Positions 19,544 to 29,065 of a stretch of DNA of 64,000 bases are shown piece by piece (positions within the stretch are counted from its first letter, which is position 1; each line of letters opens with the position of its first letter). The position numbers and the translations under genes are program-made. The DNA lies in NCBI GenBank assembly GCA_963702475.1, contig CAVPCT010000002.1, positions 96,001 to 160,000 of the forward strand, read 5' to 3'. A model generated the notes under the pieces. It was not told where the DNA came from, searched no databases, and saw nothing but the letters and a program-made list of their open reading frames with translations. This DNA is from an uncultured Thermoleophilia bacterium (GTDB lineage Bacteria > Actinomycetota > Thermoleophilia > UBA2241).

Positions 19544-22180
19544 TTGGCCGTCACGGAACCCGGCAGTTCCTACGACTCGGCGAGGCGCCGACACCCGCGT
19601 CTCGTGCGGCGCACTGCGTGGCTGCAGCGACACTCGCTGAGCGTCACCATCGCCGCGGGGATCCTCATCGGTGTCATCTTCGTGTTCGACGCCAGCGTCC
19701 ACCCGGTGACAATGGCAGGCTTCTACCTCATCCCGCTGACCATGCTGGCGCTCACGGCTCGGGCCCAGCGCGTCGCGTTGGCGGGCGTCGTCTGCGGCCT
19801 CCTCACGGTGCTCGTCTTCGTGCGGCAGGACACCCTCGCCCCCAGCTACTTCTTCAACCTGCTGTACGGAGGGTTGGCCGGGCTCGGTCTTGTGCTCGCC
19901 GCTTACCTCATCAGGCGCCTCTCCACCATCAGCGACTACGCCATCCTGCGGGCTCAGCTGGCGGAGGCGGGGGCCGACATCCTCACCGGCGGCACGCGAG
20001 ACGACCTGGACGAGCTGCTCGAGTACGCGCTCGAGCGCATGGCCGAGCAGCTCGGGGCCACCGGCGCCGCCGTGCTGCTGCTCGAGGACGGCGCCTGGCG
20101 CGGGCGCGCCGGGTTCGGCCTCGGTCTGGACGCCGGCGAGCTCCACGGCGCCTACGACGAAGCGCCGCTGGCGGCCGAGGTCCTGCGGGGGGACGCTTCG
20201 CTCACCCGCGTCTTCTCGGCCTCCGACGCCGCCACTCTGGCGCCGCTCACCGCCCACCTGCGCCTGGAGAGCGTGCTCATCGTTCCTATCCGTGCCCTCG
20301 ACCACGAGATCGGCGTCATGGTGTACAACAGGCCGGAGGTCAGCGCCGACTACGCCGACGACCAGATCACCGCCGCCGAGGGCGTGGCCCGGTACCTCGG
20401 CGTGGCCGTCGACAACGTACGCCTGATGAGCGAGCTCAGCACCCGGCGTCGCGATCTCGAGATCGTACGCGACGCCAGCCTCGACTTCGCCCAGAGCCTC
20501 GACCTGGCTGAGGTGCTGGAGGCGCTCGTCACGCGCCTGCTCAGCGCCCTCGGCATGCACGCCTGCGACGTCTTCGAGGTGGACGAAGACAGCGGTGAGC
20601 TGCGCATCGTCGTGAGCTACGCCGACCGGCACGCCGACGGCGACGACTGGGAAGGGCACGCGTTCGCCCCGGACCATTTCGCCACCGTCGCGGCGGCGGT
20701 CGCGGAGCGGCGCCTGGTGGTCGTCACCGCCTGGGACGACCCAGCGCTCAACGACAACGATCGAGAGCTGCTCATGCGGCACGGTCACCACACCCAGGTC
20801 ACCATCCCGCTGTGGACTCGCGAGCGTGTGCTCTCGGTCGTCCAGCTGTACGACGGTGAGTCGCGGCAACTCACGCACGAACAGATGGAGCTCACGCGCA
20901 CCATCTGCCGCTTCGCTGCACTCGCCGTTGACAAGGCTCGGCTGTTCGAGCGCCAGAGCGTCACGGCGCGGCGCAGCGACAGGCTGGCGCGCCGCCTGCA
21001 GCGCCTGCAGTCGTTCTCCGTGGATCTGAACAGGCGGCTGGAGCGGGCGGAGCTGCAGGACGTGCTCGACGAGGTCGCGGCGGCGGCGCTCGACCTCGTC
21101 CACGTTCGCGCTGCCGCCGTGCTCAGCGGCTCCGGAGAGTACCTGGCCGCCCAGGCGCTGGCGGTAGCCGGCGGCGTAGGACCGCTGCAGCTGCCATCCG
21201 TCGAGGCCGAGCTGCTGCAGCGCTGCCGCGCCGCCATGACGGCGCCGGCGGACGAGGACCTCGCCGGCGGCGAACCGATCACACCGGCGGTCGCGCAGAG
21301 CGACGGCCTGCTGTTCACGCCGCTCGAGGGCGATGTGCCCCTGCAGGCCTCCAGTCTCGTGGTCGCCGACAAGACCGGCGGCGATTTCGACGAGGAGGAC
21401 CGGCTTCTGCTCGCCACCCTCGGCGCTCAGCTCAGCGCGAGCCTGCACAACACGACGGCGTACCAGCGCGAGCACGCCATCGCCGAGACCTTCCAGCAGG
21501 CGCTGCTCATGCAGCCTCCGGCGATCCCCGGCATCGACGTCGGGGTCCGGTACCGGGCTGCCACAGAGGCCGCCCGCGTGGGCGGCGACTTCTACGACCT
21601 CGTCACGCTCAGCCCCGGGCGACTCCTGGTGATCGTCGGCGACGTGTGCGGCAAGAGCCTCGGCGCGGCCGCGCAATCGGCTGTGGTGCGGTACATGCTG
21701 CGCGCCTACGCCGCCGAGGGGTCGCCGGGGGAGGCGCTCTCCCGTCTCAACTCGGCGATGATCGCGCAGTCGCCCGACCAGCCGTTCGTCACCCTGGTGG
21801 TGGCCTACATCGACGTGGTCCGTCACATGTTCGAGTACGCCGTGGCGGGCCACCCCCGGCCGATCATCCTCGCCGGCCGCCGCGAGTTCCCCATGCCCGG
21901 CGAGGGCAACGTACCGGCCGGCATCTTCCGCGGGGCCGTGTACCCCACCAACAGGGCCATCCTGCCCGACGACACCACCGTCGTGCTGTACACCGACGGC
22001 ATGACCGACGCGCGCATCCATGGACAGCTGTTCGGGGAGGAGCGCCTGCGCAAGGCCGTCACGGAGCACCCCGACCTTTCGGCGCAAGGCCTCGCCGATC
22101 TGCTCCTGGAGACGGTGAAGGAGTTCGCAGGGGGCGTGCTTGCCGACGACTGCGCGGTGGTCACCCTCCGGCTGCCCTGA
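19544..22180 (+). CDS. Membrane-bound multi-GAF PP2C/SpoIIE (RsbU-like) phosphatase
   Basis: N-terminal TM helices and GAF repeats; VGGDFYD, GDVCGK, AGHP, LYTDGMTD, DDCAVV. Confidence 0.9.
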   Translation: MAVTEPGSSYDSARRRHPRLVRRTAWLQRHSLSVTIAAGILIGVIFVFDASVHPVTMAGFYLIPLTMLALTARAQRVALAGVVCGLLTVLVFVRQDTLAPSYFFNLLYGGLAGLGLVLAAYLIRRLSTISDYAILRAQLAEAGADILTGGTRDDLDELLEYALERMAEQLGATGAAVLLLEDGAWRGRAGFGLGLDAGELHGAYDEAPLAAEVLRGDASLTRVFSASDAATLAPLTAHLRLESVLIVPIRALDHEIGVMVYNRPEVSADYADDQITAAEGVARYLGVAVDNVRLMSELSTRRRDLEIVRDASLDFAQSLDLAEVLEALVTRLLSALGMHACDVFEVDEDSGELRIVVSYADRHADGDDWEGHAFAPDHFATVAAAVAERRLVVVTAWDDPALNDNDRELLMRHGHHTQVTIPLWTRERVLSVVQLYDGESRQLTHEQMELTRTICRFAALAVDKARLFERQSVTARRSDRLARRLQRLQSFSVDLNRRLERAELQDVLDEVAAAALDLVHVRAAAVLSGSGEYLAAQALAVAGGVGPLQLPSVEAELLQRCRAAMTAPADEDLAGGEPITPAVAQSDGLLFTPLEGDVPLQASSLVVADKTGGDFDEEDRLLLATLGAQLSASLHNTTAYQREHAIAETFQQALLMQPPAIPGIDVGVRYRAATEAARVGGDFYDLVTLSPGRLLVIVGDVCGKSLGAAAQSAVVRYMLRAYAAEGSPGEALSRLNSAMIAQSPDQPFVTLVVAYIDVVRHMFEYAVAGHPRPIILAGRREFPMPGEGNVPAGIFRGAVYPTNRAILPDDTTVVLYTDGMTDARIHGQLFGEERLRKAVTEHPDLSAQGLADLLLETVKEFAGGVLADDCAVVTLRLP

Positions 22181-22189
22181 CGGCGCCGG

Positions 22190-23611
22190 TCAGCCGCCGT
22201 CCGCCGCCGGCCTGCGCCGCCGCGACAACCAGATGCCCACGAGGAGCGTCGCCGCGCCGCCGCCGGCCACGATGGCGGTGTACGTCACCCGCGACTGTCC
22301 CGTCGGGATGACGGTGAGGAACAGCACCAGGCCGAGGGTCACGAAGGTCTCTGCGAGCACCACGGCCAGCCACGCGCCGAAGCGCCCTCCCGGCACGCGG
22401 TACGGGCGCCGCACGTCGGGGAACTTGCGGCGCAGCACCAGCAGCGCCGGGAACATCAGCGTGTACGGCGCCATGAACGCCACCGACGAGAGCGAGAAGA
22501 TCGTCCAGAAGATCTGCTCGTTGCCGCCGAACAGGGCGTAGTTGAGCACGGTGAGCACGGTGGCCAGCGCCGCCATCAGGACGAACGCGTAGTCGGGCGT
22601 CCCGAAGCGGCGGTTGATGTGTCCGAACACGCGCGGGGCCGAGCGGTCCAGGCCGGTGACGTTGATGCTGTGGTTGGCGCCGGTGGACCAGGTGATCATC
22701 GTCCCGACGAAGCTGAACAGCAGCAGGACGATGACGACGTCGTAGGCGACCGAGGCGGCCGCGCCCGTGCCGAGCACGAGCCGGAACGAGAGGTCCATGG
22801 CGTCGGCGATGCCGCTGACGATGGAGAGCTCGTCGAGCGGCAGCGCCGCCAGGATGCCGGCCATGCCCAGGATCTGCGTGCCGACGATGGCGATGCCGGC
22901 GATGAGGATCATGCGGGGGATGTCGCCACGCGGGTCCTTCACGTGACCGCCAAGCGAGCTCATGACCTCCCAGCCGCAGAAGTTGGAGAGGATCACGGCC
23001 ACCGCGGCGAGGCCGATGCCGGTGCCGGGCCAGAGCTGCGAGGTGGTCAGCGGATTGGCGACGCCGTGACGGGCGGCGTAGACGAGGCCGACGAGCGCCG
23101 CGGCGGCCAGGACGGCGATCTTGGCCGCCGCGCTGGCGTTGTTCACCCAGGTGGTGAGGCGCAGCGGCAGGATGCCGACGGCGACCACGAGCCACAGGAG
23201 GCCGATGACGATGAGCTCCTCCCAGGTGCGGCTCATCGAGGGCCAGAAAGCGGTACGCATCGTGCCGGCGAAGATGACGAACACCGCCGGCGCCCAGTAG
23301 GCCAGATTGACCCAGTAGAACCACGCGCACACGCCGCCCACGCGCTCGCCGTAGGCCTCGCGGATCCACACGTACATGCCGCCTTCTTGCGGCCAGGCGC
23401 TGCCGAGCTCCGCGGTGATGAAGCCGTACGGCGCGTAGAACACCACGGCGAGGATCGTGAAGACGGCGATACCGCGCCAGCCGCTGGCGGCCACGGTGGC
23501 GACCGAGTCCAGCGTGATCATCGCCGACACCGAGAACAGCACCATGGGAGCGAGCCCCAGGATACGGCTGCGCGAAGGCTCGACTGCGCTGAGGCGTGCG
23601 TCGGTGCTCAT
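22190..23611 (-). CDS. APC-family amino acid/polyamine permease (AguD/GadC-like antiporter)
   Basis: TAELGSAWPQEGGMYVWIREAYG, YWVN, RRPYRVPGG; 12 TM helices. Confidence 0.88.
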   Translation of the reverse strand: MSTDARLSAVEPSRSRILGLAPMVLFSVSAMITLDSVATVAASGWRGIAVFTILAVVFYAPYGFITAELGSAWPQEGGMYVWIREAYGERVGGVCAWFYWVNLAYWAPAVFVIFAGTMRTAFWPSMSRTWEELIVIGLLWLVVAVGILPLRLTTWVNNASAAAKIAVLAAAALVGLVYAARHGVANPLTTSQLWPGTGIGLAAVAVILSNFCGWEVMSSLGGHVKDPRGDIPRMILIAGIAIVGTQILGMAGILAALPLDELSIVSGIADAMDLSFRLVLGTGAAASVAYDVVIVLLLFSFVGTMITWSTGANHSINVTGLDRSAPRVFGHINRRFGTPDYAFVLMAALATVLTVLNYALFGGNEQIFWTIFSLSSVAFMAPYTLMFPALLVLRRKFPDVRRPYRVPGGRFGAWLAVVLAETFVTLGLVLFLTVIPTGQSRVTYTAIVAGGGAATLLVGIWLSRRRRPAADGG

Positions 23612-23718
23612 GGGGCGCCGATGCTATCAGGCTTCGACGGCGCCGGACGAACGTGTGCCGTCCGAGCGGCGCCGTACGAGCCGGCGCCGGATCGCTGCGG
23701 CCGGACGCGCCGGCGCCG

Positions 23719-24995
23719 TCAGCGGGCCGTGACGACCGTCGCCATGGCGTCGGCGACGGCCAGGACGCGGGCGCGGCGGCTGAGGCGCGTCTGGGCGGCT
23801 GCGACGGCCGCGTCGACGGAGTCGAACGCGGCCAGACCGAGCGGCTCGAGGACGCCCGGGTCGGCCGCGCCCACGACGGCGACGCGGAAGCGTTCGAGCA
23901 CGCGCGCGACGACGAAGGCCCGCTGCCCTCCCGGGCCGAGCGGCTCGCGCAGCCCGCGCGCGATCAGCGCGGCCGGCGAGCCGGCGGCGCCCAGCACGCG
24001 CGCGAAGTTCTGCTCGCCGGGACCCGCGCCCGTCCCGTCGGGCAGACCCGCGCACAGCACGAGCAGGCCGCCGTCGGCCAGGGAGGGCCTGGCGGCGAGG
24101 CCCACGTACGTCGCCGCCCGGCTCGCCTGGTAGAGGTTGTCGCTCTTGGGCGCGTGCACGCCGGCCACCACGACGTCGAAGGGCTCCTCGACCCGGTAGA
24201 GCCAGGCGCCGGCGTGCGTCGCGGCCAGCGACGCCTGCGCCGCGGCGGGGTCGCCGGCGGCGACGGCGGACACGCCGCCGCCCGCGGCCGTGACGACGTT
24301 GACCGCCCAGCGCAGCGGCGTGCGCGCGGCGACGTCGCGCAACGTCCTCTGGAAGGGGTTCCCCTCAAGCCGGCAGAGGGTCACGCCGGGCTCGCTGATG
24401 AACGCCGGCCGGTGCGTCCAGGCGATCGTCTCGTGCCCGGCGCACCCGATAGCCACGCCCTTGACCCCCCGGAGAAGCCGGCGTAGAGGTGCGGCTCCAC
24501 GACGCCGACGGTGACGGCTAGGTCCGCGTCGGCGACACGCCGCGCGACGCGGACGGGCGCGCCGAGCGTCGTGGAGCCGAGATCCGCGCAGGGCGTCTCG
24601 AGGCCCTGCGCGTCTTCTACGCGCACGCGGGTCGCGACGCCGGCGCCGGCAAGGGCGGCGCGCTCTTCCTCGCTCGTGGTGGCGTGCAGGCCACAGCCGA
24701 CGACCACGGTGACGCCCGACTGCGGTACACCGGCCGCCGCCAGCTCGCACAGCAGCTGCTCCAGGATCGAGGGGCTCGGGCAGGGCCGCGAGGCGTCGGG
24801 GATTGTGACAGCCACCCGGCGGGCGCCGCGCGCCAGCTCCCGCAGGCGCGGCGCCCCGGCCGGGGCGGCGAGTGCGCCGGCCACCTCGGCCTCGAGGTCC
24901 GGTACAGCCGCTGTCGCGGCCGGCGGGGCGAACGCGTCGGCGCGTGGCACTGGCAGACGCGCCGCGCCGCAGAAGACCCAGGGAGTCTCGCTCAC
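23719..24995 (-). CDS. larA: LarA-family nickel-pincer (NPN)-dependent racemase/epimerase; frameshift in G-run at about 24465-24470
   Basis: IPDASRP, GCGLH, VEPHLYAGFSGG|VKGVAIG, NLYQASRA; restoring one G joins the two ORFs. Confidence 0.8.
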
Positions 24996-25274
24996 GAGGG
25001 CGCCTCCGCGTTGCCGGCACCGCTCGCGCTGTCCTCACCGGAGCCGCCCCCCTGGTCCTTCGTGTCGTCTCCGCGCCACCACACCGCCAACATGACGATC
25101 ACGCCGCCGATGGGGATGAGCGACGCCACGAAGGCGGCGACCAGCCAGTTCAAGCAGGTCGCCGCCCGTCTTCTTCGCGCACAGGTACCCCAGGTACAGG
25201 CAGATGAGCAGTTGCGGCCCCCAGGCGTAGAAGTACCACCCGGCCTTGCCCACAGACCACAGGACCCAGCTCAT
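24992..25274 (-). CDS. Small membrane protein (about 94 aa), frameshift near 25152
   Basis: MSWVLWSVGKAGWYFYAWGPQLLICLYLGYLC...WLVAAFVASLIPIGGVIVMLAVWWR; overlaps the larA start. Confidence 0.55.
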
Positions 25275-25279
25275 CGGCC

Positions 25280-27346
25280 TCAGCCGTACACGGTGAGCAG
25301 CGAGTCCACCGTCGCCAGAAGATGGCTCGCCGCCGCGGGCGGGTTCAGGATGCGAGCCTGATCGGCGAACGGCAGCACGTGCTGCGTGAGCCAGCCCTCC
25401 TCCACGTACGGCTGCTCGGCGACGCAGGATCCGTCGGCGAGGCGCTGCACCGGCTGACGCTCCTCGACCCAGCGGCTCACGTCGCGGCTGTACCAGACCG
25501 TGGCCGTCTTGGGTGCGTAGCTGGCCGACGGCGGTACTCCCTCTCGTCGGTAGAGGTCGAGCTCCAGGTCCTGCCGCGGCGCGAACGTCTCGTCGAGCAG
25601 CTGTGCGCTCCGCGTGGTCGCGATGCGGAACATGCGCCTGCCGCCGGCCGTGCGGCACCAGCACACGTAGTACCACTCGCCGCGCTCGTGGATCATCAGG
25701 TATGGCTCCACCACCCGTTCGGACTGCCCCGCGGTGCCTTCTTTCCAGTACGCGATGCGCAGCAGGTTCCGGCCGGCGATGGCCGCGTTCACGCTGTCGA
25801 ACACGCCGGCGGCCCCGGGGGGCAGGTCTCCGGCCACGATGGTGGGGCCGGTGTCGCGCGCGCTCCTTATTCTGCGGCGCGCGCCGTCAAGGGTGGCCCG
25901 GCTCGCCGACGGGAGCTGTCCGCCCACGAGGTCGATAGCCAGCAGCAGCGCGTCGGCCTGCAGGGGGGAGAGCCGGGCGGGGCGCGACAGGGTGGGGCCC
26001 TCCACGTCGCACTCCACGTGCAGCTTGCCGCGGCCGGTGAACTCGGCGTACAGGACCATGCCGCCCACGTGTCCCACGGTGTTGAGCAGGCGGATGTCCT
26101 CGCGGAGGTCCTTGAGCGAGACGTCCAGCGCGGCGCACACGTCCGCGACCTGCAGGTCGGCCTCGTCCCTGCCGCAGCTCGTGAGGAGGTAGGAGGCGAG
26201 GGTGCTGAGGCGCGTGAAGCGGTCGACCTCCACGTGCCAGTCTCCGGCGGTCCTGCGCCGGCGCCTGCCGCCGCGCGCGGCTGCGGGAGCCGCGGCGGGG
26301 GCGTTCGCCACGTCCGGGACCGGAGACGCGGTCAGCCTGCGCAGCGCGACGAGGCGCTCGCGGAGCCGGTCGCGCAGCGCCGGTGGATCGAGCAGCTCTG
26401 CGGCCTCGGCCAAGCCGAGCACCCACGACAGCATGCGCCGCTCGTCGGCGTAGTCGGTGACGAAGACGATGGACCCGTCGTCCTGCGCCTCCACAGCGCC
26501 GCAGTGCCGCCAGTGCGCCTCCACCCACCAGGCCATGGACGGGCCGACGCGCACGCGCGCCGTGCCGACGACGGGTCCCAGACGCCAGGCGGGGCGGTCC
26601 TGGTACGCCTCCAGGTCGAAGTCCGCGGGCCGGGCGAAGTCGTGGAGCTTCTTGGAGGCGTGCACCACGCGGGAGTGGATGCGCGAGAGACGGAAGGTGC
26701 GCACCGCGTCGCGCTCGTGGCAGCGGCCGATGAGGTACCACTCGCCGGCGACCACCTGGAGCCCGTACGGGTCCACCGTGCGTTCGCGCTCCTCGTCGCG
26801 CTGGATGGTGTAGTACGTGAATCTGACGGTCTTGCGGTCGTCCACAGCGGCCTGCAGTCTGGGCAGCAGCGAGGGCGGCTCGTCGGCCTCCGGGACGACG
26901 GCAAGCGCCGGCGCGGCGGTCTCGGTGAGGACCTCGGGGCGTCCCTGCGTGAGGCTCAGCAGGGCGAGACGCAGGGGCTGCGAGTAGGCGAAGCCGTCCT
27001 GCAACACGGCGTAGCAGGCGGCCAGGGCGGTGAGCTCGTCGGCGCTGAACTCGACCCGCGGCAGGTAGTAGGCGTCGCCGGGCAGACTGTAGAGGTCCAC
27101 GCCGTCGTCCCCGGTCTCGGCGTCGACACGGATGCCGATCTCCCTGAGCTCGGCCCTGTCTTCGCTGAAGCGTCGCTTGAAGGCCTCGTCCGTCATGCCC
27201 GGGTACCCTTCGACGTTCATGCGGATCTGCGCGGCGCTGACGCGCTGGCCCGGCCGCGAGAGCAGGAACGTGACCAGGGACAGCCTGCGGAGGTTGGGCT
27301 CGTGGTCCTTGGGTTGGGCGGGCTCGCGGGCCTGCGAAGGGCTCAT
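25280..27346 (-). CDS. pafBC: Single-chain PafBC fusion (tandem wHTH-WYL-WCX DNA-damage regulator)
   Basis: PafB half: AFKRRFSEDRAELREIGI, RTVDPYGL, WYLIG, RTFRLSRI. PafC half: RLSPLQADALLLA, RVVEPY, WYYVCWC, RMFRI. Confidence 0.85.
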   Translation of the reverse strand: MSPSQAREPAQPKDHEPNLRRLSLVTFLLSRPGQRVSAAQIRMNVEGYPGMTDEAFKRRFSEDRAELREIGIRVDAETGDDGVDLYSLPGDAYYLPRVEFSADELTALAACYAVLQDGFAYSQPLRLALLSLTQGRPEVLTETAAPALAVVPEADEPPSLLPRLQAAVDDRKTVRFTYYTIQRDEERERTVDPYGLQVVAGEWYLIGRCHERDAVRTFRLSRIHSRVVHASKKLHDFARPADFDLEAYQDRPAWRLGPVVGTARVRVGPSMAWWVEAHWRHCGAVEAQDDGSIVFVTDYADERRMLSWVLGLAEAAELLDPPALRDRLRERLVALRRLTASPVPDVANAPAAAPAAARGGRRRRRTAGDWHVEVDRFTRLSTLASYLLTSCGRDEADLQVADVCAALDVSLKDLREDIRLLNTVGHVGGMVLYAEFTGRGKLHVECDVEGPTLSRPARLSPLQADALLLAIDLVGGQLPSASRATLDGARRRIRSARDTGPTIVAGDLPPGAAGVFDSVNAAIAGRNLLRIAYWKEGTAGQSERVVEPYLMIHERGEWYYVCWCRTAGGRRMFRIATTRSAQLLDETFAPRQDLELDLYRREGVPPSASYAPKTATVWYSRDVSRWVEERQPVQRLADGSCVAEQPYVEEGWLTQHVLPFADQARILNPPAAASHLLATVDSLLTVYG

Positions 27347-27529
27347 CGGCGGGGCTCCGGCGGTCGTTGACGAGGCGCGGGGGTCCGGCATCGGGCCCCG
27401 CGCCTCATGCTACCGCAGACGCCGCCGGGGGTCAGCGGGCGTGACAGGACGGCCGGGCCGGCGAGGCGCGTACGCCGCCCCGCCCCGGCCCGTCACCAGC
27501 TTCGGACAGCCGTCAGACCGCTACCGCCG

Positions 27530-28990
27530 TCAGACCGTCGCCTCTCGCGCCGCCGCGGCGATGATGGCGTCGAACTCGGCGCCGAGGTCGGCGGGGAACT
27601 CCGGCGCCGGAGCCGCCAGGATCTCGGCGACCCTCTCCTGCGCTTTCTCCGTCGTGCTCTTGCCGCCGGCGCTCTTCCAGGCCTCGTGGGTGCCGGTCTC
27701 CCCAAGCTTCGCCTGCCAGAGCTCGCGCACGTGGGCGCGCGTGTGGTTGTCGAACAGGTAGTTGCCGCTGAACCCCATCTTCTTGATGAGGTCGACGGCC
27801 AGCGTCTCGTCGCTCACCTCGATGCCGCGCAGGATGCGCTTCACCATGCCGAGGATCTCGTCGTCCACCACCATGTTCTCGAGGCAGAGGATGCGGGATC
27901 CGTCGAGCAGCCCGGTCCCGAAGGTCACGTCGGCGCCGTTGGCGTAGGCCATGAACATGGCCAGGGCGTTCTCGTAGGCGCTCTGGATGCCGGGCTCCTT
28001 GGCCGTCGTCGCGCCGGCGCCGTACCAGGCCGGCACGCCGTAGAAGCCGGCCATGTGGCCCTGGCAGGCGCGCAGCAGCATGGCCTCGGGCGAATTGCTC
28101 GCGTAAGCGCCGGAGCTCATGTACATGGCCGTGGGGCCGCCGCCGTGGATGACCCTGGCGCCGGGGTGGGCCAGCTGCACCAGGACGGCCCCGCTGACGA
28201 ACTCGGCGTTGTTCACCACGGCCGAGCCCGCGATGGTCACCGGTCCCGTCGCGCCCAGGATCGGCATGGGGTAGAAGCTCACGGGGATGCCGGCCTCGGC
28301 CAGCACCAGCGCGAGGTCCATGCCGAAGCGCTCCTGGTGCAATGGGCTCACCGTGCAGATGATGCTCGTGAACATGGGGCGGCGCTTCAGTTCCTCGGCG
28401 CCGCCGGCCAGGGCCTCGGCCATACGGATCAGGCTGCGTGCCTCCCAGTCCTCCTTGATGCTGACGACGATGTTGTGCTTCTCCGAGTTGCGCACGCAGG
28501 CGTCGAACTCGTGCAGCACGCGCGTCTCCGGCGGGCAGTCCTGGGCGCTGACGACGGCGCTGGTGGCACTCACGTTCTCCAGCGCCTGCACGACCCTTGC
28601 GCAGTCGGCGAGGTCCTGCTTCTGCGAGATGCGGACCGCGCCGGTCACAGGGTCGCGGTACGACACGCCGCAGCCGTCGGAGCTGATGTAGACGTGCTCG
28701 CCGTCGAGGGGCAGGTCGTACTCGGGGTTGCGGGCGCCCAGGGTGAACTGGTGCGGTACCGTGCTCATGGCACGTTCGACCACCCCAGCCGGGACCTTGG
28801 CCACTGTGGTCTCGCGGTCCACGGTCGCGCCGTTGGCTTCGAGGATGTCGAGAGCTCGCTGAGAGTGGTACTTCACGCCCACGGTCTCGATGACGTCGAG
28901 TGTGGCCTCGTGGATCCGACGCACGTCCTCGGGGGAGAGCAGCTCGAGCTTGACGCGCTGTCCGACGTAGCAGCTGTCGGCGTATGTCAT
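27530..28990 (-). CDS. MttB-superfamily (trimethylamine:corrinoid methyltransferase-like), non-pyrrolysine, copy 1
   Basis: RRIHEATLDVIETVGV, GATGPVTIAG, AKEPGIQSAYE, ENMVVDDEI, LAVDLIK; no in-frame TAG. Confidence 0.9.
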   Translation of the reverse strand: MTYADSCYVGQRVKLELLSPEDVRRIHEATLDVIETVGVKYHSQRALDILEANGATVDRETTVAKVPAGVVERAMSTVPHQFTLGARNPEYDLPLDGEHVYISSDGCGVSYRDPVTGAVRISQKQDLADCARVVQALENVSATSAVVSAQDCPPETRVLHEFDACVRNSEKHNIVVSIKEDWEARSLIRMAEALAGGAEELKRRPMFTSIICTVSPLHQERFGMDLALVLAEAGIPVSFYPMPILGATGPVTIAGSAVVNNAEFVSGAVLVQLAHPGARVIHGGGPTAMYMSSGAYASNSPEAMLLRACQGHMAGFYGVPAWYGAGATTAKEPGIQSAYENALAMFMAYANGADVTFGTGLLDGSRILCLENMVVDDEILGMVKRILRGIEVSDETLAVDLIKKMGFSGNYLFDNHTRAHVRELWQAKLGETGTHEAWKSAGGKSTTEKAQERVAEILAAPAPEFPADLGAEFDAIIAAAAREATV

Positions 28991-29065
28991 CGGGTGACTC
29001 CTTTCGCTCGTGCAGGCTGCTCCGCCGTGCGCATCGCGCAACGCCGTGAGCTACGCCCGCTCGTT

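Noticed and set aside
6700-27430. PafBC (RecA-NDp) promoter motif upstream of the helicases or pafBC
   Set aside because: No TGTCGG-N10-TANNNT match found by eye upstream of 6871, 14444 or 27346.
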